Assembly (NCBI GenBank): GCA_005883585.1
Contig: VBFD01000109.1
Coordinates: forward strand, 35,813-99,812
Origin: Chloroflexota bacterium
GTDB taxonomy: Bacteria > Chloroflexota > Dormibacteria > Dormibacterales > Dormibacteraceae
Direction: 5' to 3'
Length of the DNA stretch: 64,000 nucleotides
This document shows, piece after piece, positions 7,158 to 16,922 of the stretch. Both the position numbers and the translations under genes were made by a program. Within the stretch, counting starts at the first letter, position 1. Every line of letters starts with the position of its first letter. The notes beneath the pieces were generated by a model. The model saw only the letters and a list, made by a program, of their open reading frames with translations. It was not told where the DNA came from and ran no database searches.

Positions 7158-9311
7158 GTGGTTCAGAACCCAACCAGCCGCGATCCGCAACGTTCGGCAC
7201 CCCACCTCCGCCTCATCGATTGGATGTGGGCCAATCGCGTTTGGATCGCCGGCGTCATCGGGATTCTTTTCATCCTGTCCACGCTTTACGTGGTGTGGGC
7301 GGTCCAGGCTCTCCCAGACCCGAGCCAGGACGTGCTGGCGGCGGGCGATGTGGTCGTGCTCGACCGCAACGGCCGTCTCATCGAGGACTGGAACCCGGCC
7401 GGCCACTACCACGTCAACTTCCATCTCAATGAGATGGGGAAGTACGCACCCGCCGCGACCCTCGCGGCCGAGGACCGCAACTTCTATCACCACGGCGCGA
7501 TCGACGTCGGCTCAACGGCCCGCGCGCTGTGGGTCGACGTCACACATCTCGGCCTGAACGAGGGCGGCAGCACCATCACGCAGCAGCTGGTGAAGATCCA
7601 GCTGCTGACGCCGACGAAGTCGGTCACGCGCAAGATCCACGAGATGGTGCTCGCCATCGCGCTCGAAGAGCGCTTCTCGAAGGACCAGATCCTCACGATG
7701 TATTTGAACCGCGTCTATTACGGGCACGGCGCGTATGGGATCGGCGCCGCTTCGCGCACCTATTTCACCAAGGACTCCAAAGACCTCACGCCCGCGCAGG
7801 CCGCATTCCTCGCCGGCCTAATACAGGCGCCGGCGGCGTACGACCCCGTCGTCCATTACGAGCTCGCCCGCGAGCGCGAGCGGTACGTCCTCGACGGCAT
7901 GGTGACAACCGGCGCCCTATCACAGGACGAGGCGGACGCGGCGTTTGAGGAGGACATCAAGTCCGAGCTGAAGATTCAGCCCACCGCGCGTCAGAGCAAG
8001 GCACCGCATTTCGTCGACTACGTACTCACCTCGTTGGAAAAGACGTTTGGCTCGGCGGCGGTCCAGCAGGGCGGCATCGTCGTCCGCACCACTCTCGACC
8101 TCGACCTGCAGCAGGCCGCGCAGGCTGCCGTCACCAACGGCGTCCATGACCTGGCGTGGGCGAACATCAACAACTCCGCGCTGCTGGCGGCAAACCCCAA
8201 GAACGGCGAGATCCTGGCCTGGGTCGGCTCAGCTGACTACGGCAACGATTCGATCGCGGGTCAGTACGACGTCGTGCTGGCGGAGCGTCAGCCCGGTTCG
8301 TCGTTCAAGCCCTATGTCTACGAAGCGGCGCTGCGCGATCACAAGATCACGCTCGCCACGACCCTCAACGACACCACGCAAAGCTTCAACGGCTACATCC
8401 CGCACGACTTCGACAATGGCGGCATGGGCATGATCAGCGCGCGCACAGCGCTGGTGTTCTCGCGCAACATCCCCGCCGTCGAGGTCGCACAGATGGAGGG
8501 GATGAGCAACGTGATCGCGCTCGCACACCAGATGGGGATCAACAGCCACCTCGACCCCGGCCTCGCTACCGCGATCGGCGGCAGCGACGTCACCCTACTC
8601 GAGCACGTGCAGGGTTACGAGGTCTTTGCCAACCAGGGCCAGAAACAGACGCTGAACGTCATCAAGTCGATCGACGACGCCACCGGCAAGACGGTCTACA
8701 CACACGACATCGGCGGCGGTCAGAGCGTGCTCAGTCCTGCCGAGTCCTACCTGATCACTGACGTGCTCAAGCAGTACCAGTACCAGTGGGGCTTCGGCTG
8801 GAATCGCCAGATGTCGAGCAAGACAGGCACCAGCGACAACGGCCACGGCCAGATTCCCGACTCGTGGATCATGGCCTACAACCCGGACATCGTGGTTGGT
8901 GTCTGGGTCGGCAACACCGCTCCCAACGGAGGCGGTGGGACGATCCGCGCTTTCGGCGAAAGCGTGGCCCAGACCATCATGCGGCGCTTCGTCAACGCCC
9001 TTCCGCGCAGCATGCGTGACTGGTACACAACGCCCTCCGGGATCGTGCACGGTGCGTGCGATTCGCAAGAGATCTTCCTGAACGGCACGCAGGGCGGACC
9101 CTGCCCGTCGCCGAGCCCTTGCCCCAGCAACTCCCCGAGCGCGTCGCCCGGAGCGTCACCAAGCGCTTGCCCGAGCAGCTCCCCGAGCGCGTCGCCCAGC
9201 GCATCACCGAGCGCGAGCCCGTCCGCCCAGCCGAGCCCATCGCCGCAGCCGACGCCGTCGCCGACCCCGCCGCCGCCCACCAGCCCGTCACCCGGCCCGA
9301 CACCTACGTAG
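7158..9311 (+). CDS. Class A penicillin-binding protein (GT51 transglycosylase + transpeptidase) with Pro/Ser-rich C-terminal tail
   Basis: 717 aa. GT51 motifs EDRNFYHHGAID, GGSTITQQLVK, RKIHEMVLAIALE. Transpeptidase motifs SSFKP, SRN, KTGTS. Tail is PSPSPCPSNSPSASPGASPSACPSSSPSASPSASPSASPSAQPSPSPQPTPSPTPPPPTSPSPGPTPT. Confidence 0.9.
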   Translation: MVQNPTSRDPQRSAPHLRLIDWMWANRVWIAGVIGILFILSTLYVVWAVQALPDPSQDVLAAGDVVVLDRNGRLIEDWNPAGHYHVNFHLNEMGKYAPAATLAAEDRNFYHHGAIDVGSTARALWVDVTHLGLNEGGSTITQQLVKIQLLTPTKSVTRKIHEMVLAIALEERFSKDQILTMYLNRVYYGHGAYGIGAASRTYFTKDSKDLTPAQAAFLAGLIQAPAAYDPVVHYELARERERYVLDGMVTTGALSQDEADAAFEEDIKSELKIQPTARQSKAPHFVDYVLTSLEKTFGSAAVQQGGIVVRTTLDLDLQQAAQAAVTNGVHDLAWANINNSALLAANPKNGEILAWVGSADYGNDSIAGQYDVVLAERQPGSSFKPYVYEAALRDHKITLATTLNDTTQSFNGYIPHDFDNGGMGMISARTALVFSRNIPAVEVAQMEGMSNVIALAHQMGINSHLDPGLATAIGGSDVTLLEHVQGYEVFANQGQKQTLNVIKSIDDATGKTVYTHDIGGGQSVLSPAESYLITDVLKQYQYQWGFGWNRQMSSKTGTSDNGHGQIPDSWIMAYNPDIVVGVWVGNTAPNGGGGTIRAFGESVAQTIMRRFVNALPRSMRDWYTTPSGIVHGACDSQEIFLNGTQGGPCPSPSPCPSNSPSASPGASPSACPSSSPSASPSASPSASPSAQPSPSPQPTPSPTPPPPTSPSPGPTPT

Positions 9312-9377
9312 ATGCTCGAGCTTGGGGCGGACAGCCCTTTCATGAGAAGTGTGGAGCGCCGCCGGCCCGGCGGCTCG

Positions 9378-10865
9378 ATGCGCGCGTACGTGTCGCGCAC
9401 GCTGCCCCACCACTCCGCGATAGTCGTCAGCAACCGGGCGCCGCATGAGCCGCGACCCGAAGGCGGCTTCGCTCGCGGGGCAGGCGGTGTCGTCACGGCG
9501 CTGCTGACGCTGGCCGAGGTGACGGCCGCGGACTGGGTGTGCTGCGCACGCACCGATTCCGAACGAAAGCTGGTCGAGACGCAGGGCGACGCGTGGACCG
9601 CTCCTTTGATTCGGTCCCACACCCGCCTCCACTACGTGATGCCGACACGCGAGCAGTACGACCAGTACTACTCGGTGATGGCGAACCCGGTGCTTTGGTT
9701 CGTCCAGCACTACCTCTGGGACCTGGCGCAGCAGCCGATCATCAACGGCCGGATCCATCGGGCGTGGAAGGACGGATACGTCGAGGTCAACCGTCAGGTC
9801 GCGCAGAAGGTGGTCGACGTCGGACGCCGGCTGCCGTACCGGCCATTGGTACTCGTCCACGACTACCAGCTCTATCTGGTGCCCAAGATCGTCCGCGAGC
9901 AGCTCCCCGGAGCGATCATCCAGCACTTCATCCACATCCCATGGCCGACTCCGCAGTACTGGAAGGTGCTGCCCAAAGAGATGCGGTCCGCGATCCTCGA
10001 GGGCTTGCTGGGGTGCGACATCGTGGGCTTTCAGTCGAGCCTGGACGTGCGCAACTTCCTGATGACCTGCGAAGAGAATGCGGGCCTGCAGGTGGACGAA
10101 CGAGAAAAGGCCGTGCTGATCGACGGCAGGGTCGTTTATGCGCGGGCGTACCCCATCTCCATCGATGTGGCCTCGACCACGAGGCTGGCGTTCTCGCACG
10201 GCGTGATGGTGGAGGAGCGCAGGCTCCGCGACTGGCGCCCCCAGCGGCTCATCGTCCGCATCGATCGAATCGACCCATCGAAGAACATCGTTCGAGGCTT
10301 CCTCGCCTACGAGAAGCTCATCAACCAGCGGCCGGAGTTGCAGGGTCAGGTGCAGTTCTGGGCTTTCCTGCAGCCATCGCGGCTGGACGTCGCCGCGTAC
10401 CGGGCTTACCTCCGCCGCGTGCGGCAGGTCGCGGCGCGCATCAACAGCCAGTACGGCCGTACCGGCTGGATGCCGATCCGCCTCGAGTTCGGCGAAAACA
10501 TTCGGAAGGCGATGGCGGCGCTACGCAACTTCGACGTCCTCCTGGTCAATCCCGTGTACGACGGCTTGAACCTCGTCGTCAAAGAGGGCGCCGTGGTCAA
10601 TCGGTCCGAGGGGATGATCGTTCTCTCTGAAAATGCGGGCGCGCACGAGGAGCTCCAGCCGCATGTGATCTCGATCAACCCGTTCGACATCGAAGCCACG
10701 GCCGACGCGATCTATCAGGGCTTGACGATGAGCGCGGAGGAGCGCCGGAAACGGAACGAGGCGGCGCGCGACGTAGTACGCACCAATGACATCTCACGCT
10801 GGATCACGCGCCAGGTCCAGGACATCCGCGATCTCGTGGCTGTTCCCGGCCTCCGTGCGGGCTGA
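9378..10865 (+). CDS. otsA: Alpha,alpha-trehalose-phosphate synthase (GT20)
   Basis: Motifs VVSNRAPHE, LWFVQHYLWD, HDYQLYLVP, IHIPWP and LVNPVYDGLNLVVKE. The ORF opens at 9312, directly abutting the PBP stop. I prefer the in-frame ATG at 9378, but the start is uncertain. Confidence 0.85.
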   Translation: MRAYVSRTLPHHSAIVVSNRAPHEPRPEGGFARGAGGVVTALLTLAEVTAADWVCCARTDSERKLVETQGDAWTAPLIRSHTRLHYVMPTREQYDQYYSVMANPVLWFVQHYLWDLAQQPIINGRIHRAWKDGYVEVNRQVAQKVVDVGRRLPYRPLVLVHDYQLYLVPKIVREQLPGAIIQHFIHIPWPTPQYWKVLPKEMRSAILEGLLGCDIVGFQSSLDVRNFLMTCEENAGLQVDEREKAVLIDGRVVYARAYPISIDVASTTRLAFSHGVMVEERRLRDWRPQRLIVRIDRIDPSKNIVRGFLAYEKLINQRPELQGQVQFWAFLQPSRLDVAAYRAYLRRVRQVAARINSQYGRTGWMPIRLEFGENIRKAMAALRNFDVLLVNPVYDGLNLVVKEGAVVNRSEGMIVLSENAGAHEELQPHVISINPFDIEATADAIYQGLTMSAEERRKRNEAARDVVRTNDISRWITRQVQDIRDLVAVPGLRAG

Positions 10866-10944
10866 AATCAGGTCCGAGTGATCGGGGCGAGCCGCGCGTT
10901 TACTTTTCTAGATCTTCCTTCGTACTCGAAAGAGGGGGTGTGCC

Positions 10945-11409
10945 ATGGAGCACAAAGAAACGAACTTCGTACGCGATGAAGCATCAGGGTCCGTACGGGA
11001 AGAATCGACTGTGGTCAACGAGACTGGCGCGACGCCGGTCCGAGAGGCGTCCGTTGTCAAGAGCTCGACTCCCGCGCGGAGAGCGATGGAGGTCATCTAC
11101 CTCTTGTTCGGCATCATCGACGCGCTCTTGCTGATCCGGTTGGTGCTCAAGCTGCTGGGAGCGAACGCGCACGCGGGCTTCGCGAGCTTCACCTACGGAT
11201 TGACGGACTTCTTCCTCGCCCCGTTCCACGGTCTGCTGCCGACCATCGTCAGTGGGAAATCGGTGCTCGAACTGTCCGTGGTATTCGCGATCCTCATCTA
11301 CTCGCTGGTCGCGCTCGGCCTCGTGCGGCTGGTTGCGATCACGCTCTCTCGCAGCGTCATGGTCTCGCAGCACAGCCGATCGGAGGGCCTCAAGCCCCGT
11401 TCCGAGTAA
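10945..11409 (+). CDS. YggT-family integral membrane protein with about 45-aa hydrophilic N-terminal extension
   Basis: 154 aa. VIYLLFGIIDALLLIRLVLKLLGAN...FTYGLTDFFLAPFHGLLP...LSVVFAILIY is the YGGT repeat pattern. Confidence 0.7.
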   Translation: MEHKETNFVRDEASGSVREESTVVNETGATPVREASVVKSSTPARRAMEVIYLLFGIIDALLLIRLVLKLLGANAHAGFASFTYGLTDFFLAPFHGLLPTIVSGKSVLELSVVFAILIYSLVALGLVRLVAITLSRSVMVSQHSRSEGLKPRSE

Positions 11410-11447
11410 ACGCCGTCCTCGTTGTGTAGGAGCTGCCGCTCGCATAG

Positions 11448-11466
11448 GAGGGACCGTAGGTTCCTC
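11448..11466. terminator. Short hairpin between convergent genes (8-bp stem incl. one G-U, 3-nt loop)
   Basis: gagggacc-gta-ggttcctc, lying in the 64-nt gap between the stops at 11409 (+) and 11474 (-). Confidence 0.3.
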
Positions 11467-11473
11467 TTAGCAC

Positions 11474-13195
11474 TCAGGGAAACCAGAGCGGCAGCTTCGC
11501 CAACGCCTGGTCGTGGTCGACGTCGGGATTCGCGCCCGAGCTCAGCTCGTACTGCCAGGCGACCATGTTGCCCGCGCATCCGACCTGGTTCGGCATCCAC
11601 TGCGGCGATCGCGCCTTCGTGTAGCTGCCCAGCAGCGACGGCTCGAATGACCACAGATATGAGCGGGTGGCGACTTCGGGACGATCGTCGACGGCCGCAC
11701 ACCACGCCTGGCCGAACGTGCTCGGTGCTGTCCCGTCGCCATAGTAGCCGGGCGAGTAGCCCGCTTCGGAGACGCCGTCGTACCAGCCCTCGACGAACGG
11801 GCCGTCTATAGCGCCGGAGCACCATGGGCCGGGAGGCTCGACGTCGATCACGAGAACGGTGCCTCTGGGGATGCCGAGGCGCACCGCTGCCGAGGTCGCT
11901 TCCGATGCATAGCTCGTGCCGGTGTCGTAGCCGGCTACAGCCGAGCAGTCGTAGTGGTTGAAGATGGGCAGGATGCCCATGTGCCGGTTCGCCGCGGCCG
12001 CCACCTCCGCGTCACTGATGCCAGGGCAGTTAGGCGTGTTGGTGAGGTAGCGGCCCCAGAAGTCCGGCCTGCCGAGGATCGAGTTCACCTGCGGGTAGAG
12101 TCCGCTCGATGCGGCGGCATCACCCGTGAAAGCCTTGCAGGAGTCAACGCCCCAAAGGAGTCGATTGGGTTGCACCGCGGCCGACCGCACCTGGACGTTG
12201 ACCAGAGGCGCTCGTTCGATCACGGAATGCAGCAGCTGGCCCGCGGTCGTGGACGCATCGGATGGTGCGGGAGCGGCGCCGATGACCGCCGAGAAGAATG
12301 GGGTGGGGCCGGCGCCGAGCGTCACCTGCGCGTTGCAAACACGGCCGGACTTGCATGGTTGGTCGAGGAGCCTGCCGTTTTGATCGAGGATGCCCAGGCT
12401 CCACGGCGTGTCAGTGAGATCGGCGTTGGTAACCGCCGTGAGGTTGACCGTGCCCCCTTCCTGCGCCAGCGTCGTGTTCGCCGCGAGCAGCACGGACAGC
12501 CACGTCGGTGACACGGTGTTGGAAGCGGCGTCCGCGATGGATGCCGGGGCACTCGAGCCCAGGCGAGCAATGTACGCGGTGATATCGTGCGCACCGCCCG
12601 CCGGTTCGCTCAGCATCGTGCTGCAAGTTGTGCCGGTGCTGCAGAACGTCAACGTCTTGCCGGTGGTCGCGTCCCAGAACACCAGCGCTCGTCCGATCGC
12701 GCTGACGTCGACCGATGCGGACGCGGTGAGCTTCAAAGGCTTGCCCACGCCGACGGCGGCAGGCACATCGGTTTTGATGGTGACTCCGAGCCCTGATGGG
12801 CCTGAGCGCGGCGATGATGTGTCGCCAGATCCGCTCAGCGGGTTCGTGAGCGAAAGGGATTTCGCCGGCACGCTCGGCGATACAGGCGGCAGACCTGGAG
12901 AGGCCGCCGCGGGCGCTGATACATCGCACGCGGCGCCCGGTCCGGAGAAGGGACACAGCTGGCTGCCAGGCGGCACGCTCAGCGCCGGTGCTTCGTCGCC
13001 GGCGCCCTTCGGGTCTGATGGCCCGCGCGTGGCGGGTGCAAGGGCAAGGCTGCTCGCGGGTGGGGCCGCGGCGAGGCCGATGACGCTCACATGCAGGAAT
13101 GCGGCGACCAGGACGAGCGGCAGGTACCCCGTTCGAAAGCACAGCAGGCGACGACCGATCCGGCGCGGTAAGTTCAGGAACCCCTCCTCGGTCAC
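11474..13195 (-). CDS. Secreted protein: two Cys-containing beta-sandwich-like repeats + C-terminal DUF1906 (Rv2525c-like glycoside-hydrolase-fold) domain
   Basis: 573 aa with an N-terminal hydrophobic signal or anchor. The C-terminal half (LWGVDSC...FWGRYLTN...GILPIFNHY...RLGIPRGTVLVIDVE...FVEGWYDGVSEAGYSPGYYGD) matches the DUF1906 pattern as I remember it. Start (GTG 13195) is uncertain. Confidence 0.55.
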   Translation of the reverse strand: MTEEGFLNLPRRIGRRLLCFRTGYLPLVLVAAFLHVSVIGLAAAPPASSLALAPATRGPSDPKGAGDEAPALSVPPGSQLCPFSGPGAACDVSAPAAASPGLPPVSPSVPAKSLSLTNPLSGSGDTSSPRSGPSGLGVTIKTDVPAAVGVGKPLKLTASASVDVSAIGRALVFWDATTGKTLTFCSTGTTCSTMLSEPAGGAHDITAYIARLGSSAPASIADAASNTVSPTWLSVLLAANTTLAQEGGTVNLTAVTNADLTDTPWSLGILDQNGRLLDQPCKSGRVCNAQVTLGAGPTPFFSAVIGAAPAPSDASTTAGQLLHSVIERAPLVNVQVRSAAVQPNRLLWGVDSCKAFTGDAAASSGLYPQVNSILGRPDFWGRYLTNTPNCPGISDAEVAAAANRHMGILPIFNHYDCSAVAGYDTGTSYASEATSAAVRLGIPRGTVLVIDVEPPGPWCSGAIDGPFVEGWYDGVSEAGYSPGYYGDGTAPSTFGQAWCAAVDDRPEVATRSYLWSFEPSLLGSYTKARSPQWMPNQVGCAGNMVAWQYELSSGANPDVDHDQALAKLPLWFP

Positions 13196-13355
13196 GAGCC
13201 CTCAGGCGGCGCGCGCGCGCGCCCGGCGCTGCGGGTGACTGGAGTAGGGAAGTTACCTGCGCGTGGGCGAGATCTCAGCGGCGATAGCGTTAATTAGCCT
13301 CAACAGTTGTCAAGTGGTCCGAAATGTGATCGGACCGGCCCATTTTGGTGGCCTT

Positions 13356-13571
13356 TTAAGAGCCGGAGGCCGCACCCAGGACGTTGCCGTACATCAGCCC
13401 CAGAGCCAGGAGGCCTAGCAAGCACAGCAGTACGAGCAGAGATGTTCGAGCGTAGGCGTCGATCACGGCATCATCCGTCTCGGACCCAGCCACGGTTGCG
13501 TGCCGGCTGACGCTGGCAGCCCGCAGGGCAAGCCCCACGGTGACGATCAAGATGACGACCAGAGTCCCCAT
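13356..13571 (-). CDS. Small two-TM membrane protein (71 aa)
   Basis: MGTLVVILIVTVGLALRAA...SLLVLLCLLGLLALGLMYGNVLGAASGS. ATG at 13571 is preceded by a strong SD (AAAGGAG). The track's 369-aa ORF 13356..14465 is mostly antisense to the + strand gene. Confidence 0.55.
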   Translation of the reverse strand: MGTLVVILIVTVGLALRAASVSRHATVAGSETDDAVIDAYARTSLLVLLCLLGLLALGLMYGNVLGAASGS

Positions 13572-13703
13572 CAAGCTCCTTTCTGTTGCGGCGAGGCTTC
13601 TGAGCGGGTCAGAAGCCACGCCATCAAATACAACGTCTAAAGCCGAGTAATCACCTTTGTTTCCGGTCTTTCTCGGGGGCCGTCGGCAACCCCCAATACT
13701 CGG

Positions 13704-14423
13704 ATGTACGACCGCGTTTCCAATTCGATGGGGTCTGTGATGACGTTGCAGTTTTCCGTGGCGGCATTCGCGGGTATGGCCGCCGCGATGGTCGTGCCGT
13801 CGGTCCGGCACACCGTGCCTCGCTGGGTGGAAGCACCGATCTGGCTCGGCCTCATCATCACCAGCTGGCTGGCCATCACCAACGTCCAGCAAGCCAACAC
13901 GCGCTATCTCACGGAGTCGGCCGCGTGGGGCGCGGACCAGATCGTGAACACTTCGTTCGGTCTCATGCTGGCGGCCTTCTTCGCCTGGATGGCCGAGCAC
14001 AGATATGTGATCGCAAACGCGGTCGTCACCCTGGCCGGAGCGGACATCCTCGCGATTGCCATCGTGTGGTCTTACCGGCGCGCACAAGAAGAGCAGCCAC
14101 GGATCATGCTCGGCGACTGGTTCGAAGTGCCTCTTCAGCGCACGCCCGCCACGGACCGCGTTGCGGTGCCGTACGCATTGGACGAGTTGAACCGGCGAGC
14201 TGAGCGTGCTGCGGTCAAGCTCGGAGCGGCGGCCGTCGCCTGGCTCGTCCCAATCATCACTGCGCGATATAGACAGGCCGAAACCAACGCGCACGTGGTC
14301 GACATCCGCGCATTGCTGAGCGCGCAGTCGATCGGTTGGTATGGGCCGATCGTGCTCGCGCCCGAGGGTCACGGTTCGATTCGCGAATACGGTGAGAATG
14401 AATCGGATCGCTTGGCCTCGTAG
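13704..14423 (+). CDS. Hypothetical membrane protein (about 4 TM + soluble C-terminal region)
   Basis: 239-aa ORF with hydrophobic segments (FSVAAFAGMAAAMVV, IWLGLIITSWLAI, FGLMLAAFFAWMA, VVTLAGADILAIAIVW). No recognisable family. Start uncertain: internal ATGs at 13728 and 13740 are alternatives. Confidence 0.45.
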   Translation: MYDRVSNSMGSVMTLQFSVAAFAGMAAAMVVPSVRHTVPRWVEAPIWLGLIITSWLAITNVQQANTRYLTESAAWGADQIVNTSFGLMLAAFFAWMAEHRYVIANAVVTLAGADILAIAIVWSYRRAQEEQPRIMLGDWFEVPLQRTPATDRVAVPYALDELNRRAERAAVKLGAAAVAWLVPIITARYRQAETNAHVVDIRALLSAQSIGWYGPIVLAPEGHGSIREYGENESDRLAS

Positions 14424-16458
14424 ACCAAACGGCTCCCGGCGTCGTGCGAGCACGTCCCAGGTCATCCGGAAGGCGAAGTATCGGCGCCCTGCCGGTTGGT
14501 TCCTGCGCGTGCTGGTTCTGCTGCTCGTGGCGGGGCCGGCGTTACTCCTGACATCGCCCGGTTACCTGGCGTTCGCCGATCGCATGCCCGACGTGCAGAA
14601 CCTGATGTATTCGCTTCCGACCGACACAATCATCTACGCGTCGGATGGCACCACCGTCCTGGCCGACCTTCACGGCCCGGGCTACCAGCATTACAACCAG
14701 CCACTTGGTGAGATGGGCCGGCTGCTGCCCAACGCGATGATTGCGATCGAGGACCGCAACTTCTACGCGGAGCCGGGTGTCGATCCGGGTGGTGTCGCGC
14801 GGGCGGCCGCGGTCGACTGGCGCGCCCACGGAAAGGTCGAAGGGGCTTCGACGATCACGCAGCAGCTGGTCAAGATGCGCTTGGTCGGCGCGGAGCCGAC
14901 ACTCGACCGAAAGCTGCGAGAAGCGCTGCTCGCATTCGAGGTCGAGCGCACCTATACCAAGCCGCAGATCCTTGAGATGTATCTCAACAGCGCATTTTTC
15001 GGGAACAGCGCGTGGGGCGGCGAAGCGGCCGCGAAGATCTACTTCCACAAGGACACCAAGGATCTGGACCTCGCCCAGGCTTCGATGCTCGCCGGCCTGG
15101 TTCGTGGCCCGACGATCTACAACCCGCTGCTCAACTGGAAGTCGGCGAAGACCAGGCAGCTGCAAGTTCTGGGTGCGATGCTGCGCATGGGTACGATCAG
15201 CGGCACTGAGGCGGCCGGCGCTTACGCACAGGACATCACGCCTCCGCTGCACATGTTCACACCGATCAATCAGATCGTCGCCGGCGGCTTCGTCCGCTAC
15301 GTCGTTGGGCAGCTGGTGGATCAATATGGGCCCGACATCACGTATAGCGGCGGGCTGAAGGTGATCACGACCATCAACCTCAAGCTGCAAAACATTGCGC
15401 AGAGCGCGATCACCAACGGCATCGCGAGCCTGGCTTACCGACATGTCAGCCAGGGAGCGCTCGTGGCCCTCGATCCAACGACGGGAGCCATCGTGTCGAT
15501 GGTCGCCTCAGCCAATCCGAACGCGGACGGCGGCCAGTACAACCTGGCGGTGTGGCCGCCGCGCAACCCGGGCTCGTCGATGAAGATCTTCACGTACACG
15601 GCGGCGATCGCGAGCGGGAAGTACACGATGGTCAGCCGCATTCCGGACTGGGGGTTCACATATCGAGATCCAATCTCTGGTGAGGCTTACACGCCTCGCA
15701 ACTACGACGGCCGCTACCACGGCACGCTCACGCTCCAGCAGTGCATGGGCAACTCGCTGAACATACCGGCGGTCGAAGTCGAGCTGGGCATCGGCGTCTC
15801 GTCGGTGGTCTCGATGGCCCGCACGATGGGCGCTCCGCCATATCAGCAGCACTACGACGCTTCGGGGAATCCGGTTTACACGACCGACGACGCGTTCAAC
15901 ACGTACGGTCCGTCACTGACGCTCGGTGGCTACGGCGAGACGCCGCTGCAGATGGCAATCGGCGCGTCCGTGCTTGCGACGCAGGGGGTGCTCCGGGAGC
16001 CGTACGCGATCCAGACGATCTCGAGAAACGGCACGTACTTCTACCGGCACAAGAAGGACCAGGGCGTGCAGGTGGTCGACCAGCGGGTGGCGTTCATCAT
16101 GGAGCAGATCATGTCGAACGATCGCAACCGGGCGATGATCTTCGGCCTGCATTCCCTGCTGACGCTGCCGGGGCGCCACGTCGGCGTGAAGACCGGCACC
16201 TCGGACTCGTTCGCCGACGCGTGGACGGTCGGCTACACGCCGCGCCTGGTGACGGCGGTTTGGACTGGCAACCCCGACTGGCGCCAGAAGATGACCAAGG
16301 ATTCGGACAGCTACGTGGTCGCGGCGCCCGCGTGGCACGCTTTCATGCAGGGAGCACTGGACACGCTGGGAATCGGCGACGAGTGGTACTCGGAACCGCC
16401 GGGGTTGGTGCACCGGACCGTCTCGGGCGAGACTGCCTGGTTCCTCCCGGGAACCTAG
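14398..16458 (+). CDS. Class A penicillin-binding protein, second copy
   Basis: GT51 motifs EDRNFYAEPGVD and GASTITQQLVK. Transpeptidase motifs SSMKIF (SxxK) and KTGTSD. N-terminal TM is FLRVLVLLLVAGPALLL. The ORF opens at 14341; the ATG at 14398 (MNRIAWPRR...) is preferred. Confidence 0.9.
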   Translation: MNRIAWPRRPNGSRRRASTSQVIRKAKYRRPAGWFLRVLVLLLVAGPALLLTSPGYLAFADRMPDVQNLMYSLPTDTIIYASDGTTVLADLHGPGYQHYNQPLGEMGRLLPNAMIAIEDRNFYAEPGVDPGGVARAAAVDWRAHGKVEGASTITQQLVKMRLVGAEPTLDRKLREALLAFEVERTYTKPQILEMYLNSAFFGNSAWGGEAAAKIYFHKDTKDLDLAQASMLAGLVRGPTIYNPLLNWKSAKTRQLQVLGAMLRMGTISGTEAAGAYAQDITPPLHMFTPINQIVAGGFVRYVVGQLVDQYGPDITYSGGLKVITTINLKLQNIAQSAITNGIASLAYRHVSQGALVALDPTTGAIVSMVASANPNADGGQYNLAVWPPRNPGSSMKIFTYTAAIASGKYTMVSRIPDWGFTYRDPISGEAYTPRNYDGRYHGTLTLQQCMGNSLNIPAVEVELGIGVSSVVSMARTMGAPPYQQHYDASGNPVYTTDDAFNTYGPSLTLGGYGETPLQMAIGASVLATQGVLREPYAIQTISRNGTYFYRHKKDQGVQVVDQRVAFIMEQIMSNDRNRAMIFGLHSLLTLPGRHVGVKTGTSDSFADAWTVGYTPRLVTAVWTGNPDWRQKMTKDSDSYVVAAPAWHAFMQGALDTLGIGDEWYSEPPGLVHRTVSGETAWFLPGT

Positions 16459-16862
16459 TCCGCCTGTTCGCCCACCGAGTCTTCTTCCTCGATCTGGAGA
16501 TCTTCGTCGCTGGCCGAGTAACGATCACGGACCTCGGCTCCTCCGGTCTCAGAGTCGCCCAGGCCTTCCTCGGAGTCCGTCTCGACCAGCTCACCGGCCC
16601 GCCGGTCTTCGTCGAGCAGCTGGGCGAACGCTCGCTGGGCCTCTTCCCACGTGTCGTACTCCCAGTACTCGGTGCCGGGCGGCACCTCGGCGCCCTCTGT
16701 CTCGTCGAGGCCGTGCTGGAAGACGTATCCGATTCCGTTGTCAGGATCCTGGATCAATGAAAGGAATCGTTCGCCGGTCAGCTCAGCTCGTTGTGCCGCG
16801 AGGCCGCCGTTCTCGAGATCGAAGAGCCGGCTGATGACCTGCTCCTCGCTCCTTTCTTCCAT
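16455..16862 (-). CDS. Highly acidic hypothetical protein (135 aa, about 30% Asp/Glu)
   Basis: MEERSEEQVISRLFDLENGG...EYWEYDTWEEAQRAFAQLLDED...DEDLQIEEEDSVGEQAD. No family recognised. Its stop overlaps the PBP stop in the tetranucleotide CTAG. Confidence 0.5.
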   Translation of the reverse strand: MEERSEEQVISRLFDLENGGLAAQRAELTGERFLSLIQDPDNGIGYVFQHGLDETEGAEVPPGTEYWEYDTWEEAQRAFAQLLDEDRRAGELVETDSEEGLGDSETGGAEVRDRYSASDEDLQIEEEDSVGEQAD

Positions 16863-16922
16863 TCAGCCATTCTCGACCAAACGCTGTGGTCACGGCTCAG
16901 CGGAGAGCTGTAACAGGCTTGG

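Noticed and set aside
9288-10199. 303-aa minus ORF and 363-aa + ORF 9539-10630
   Set aside because: These are out-of-frame or antisense readings of otsA, whose GT20 motifs are unambiguous.
13356-14465. 369-aa minus-strand ORF
   Set aside because: Only the last 72 codons (13356-13571) look coding: two TM helices, with a strong SD before ATG 13571. The rest is Arg/Asp/His-rich antisense of the + strand membrane protein and the PBP start.
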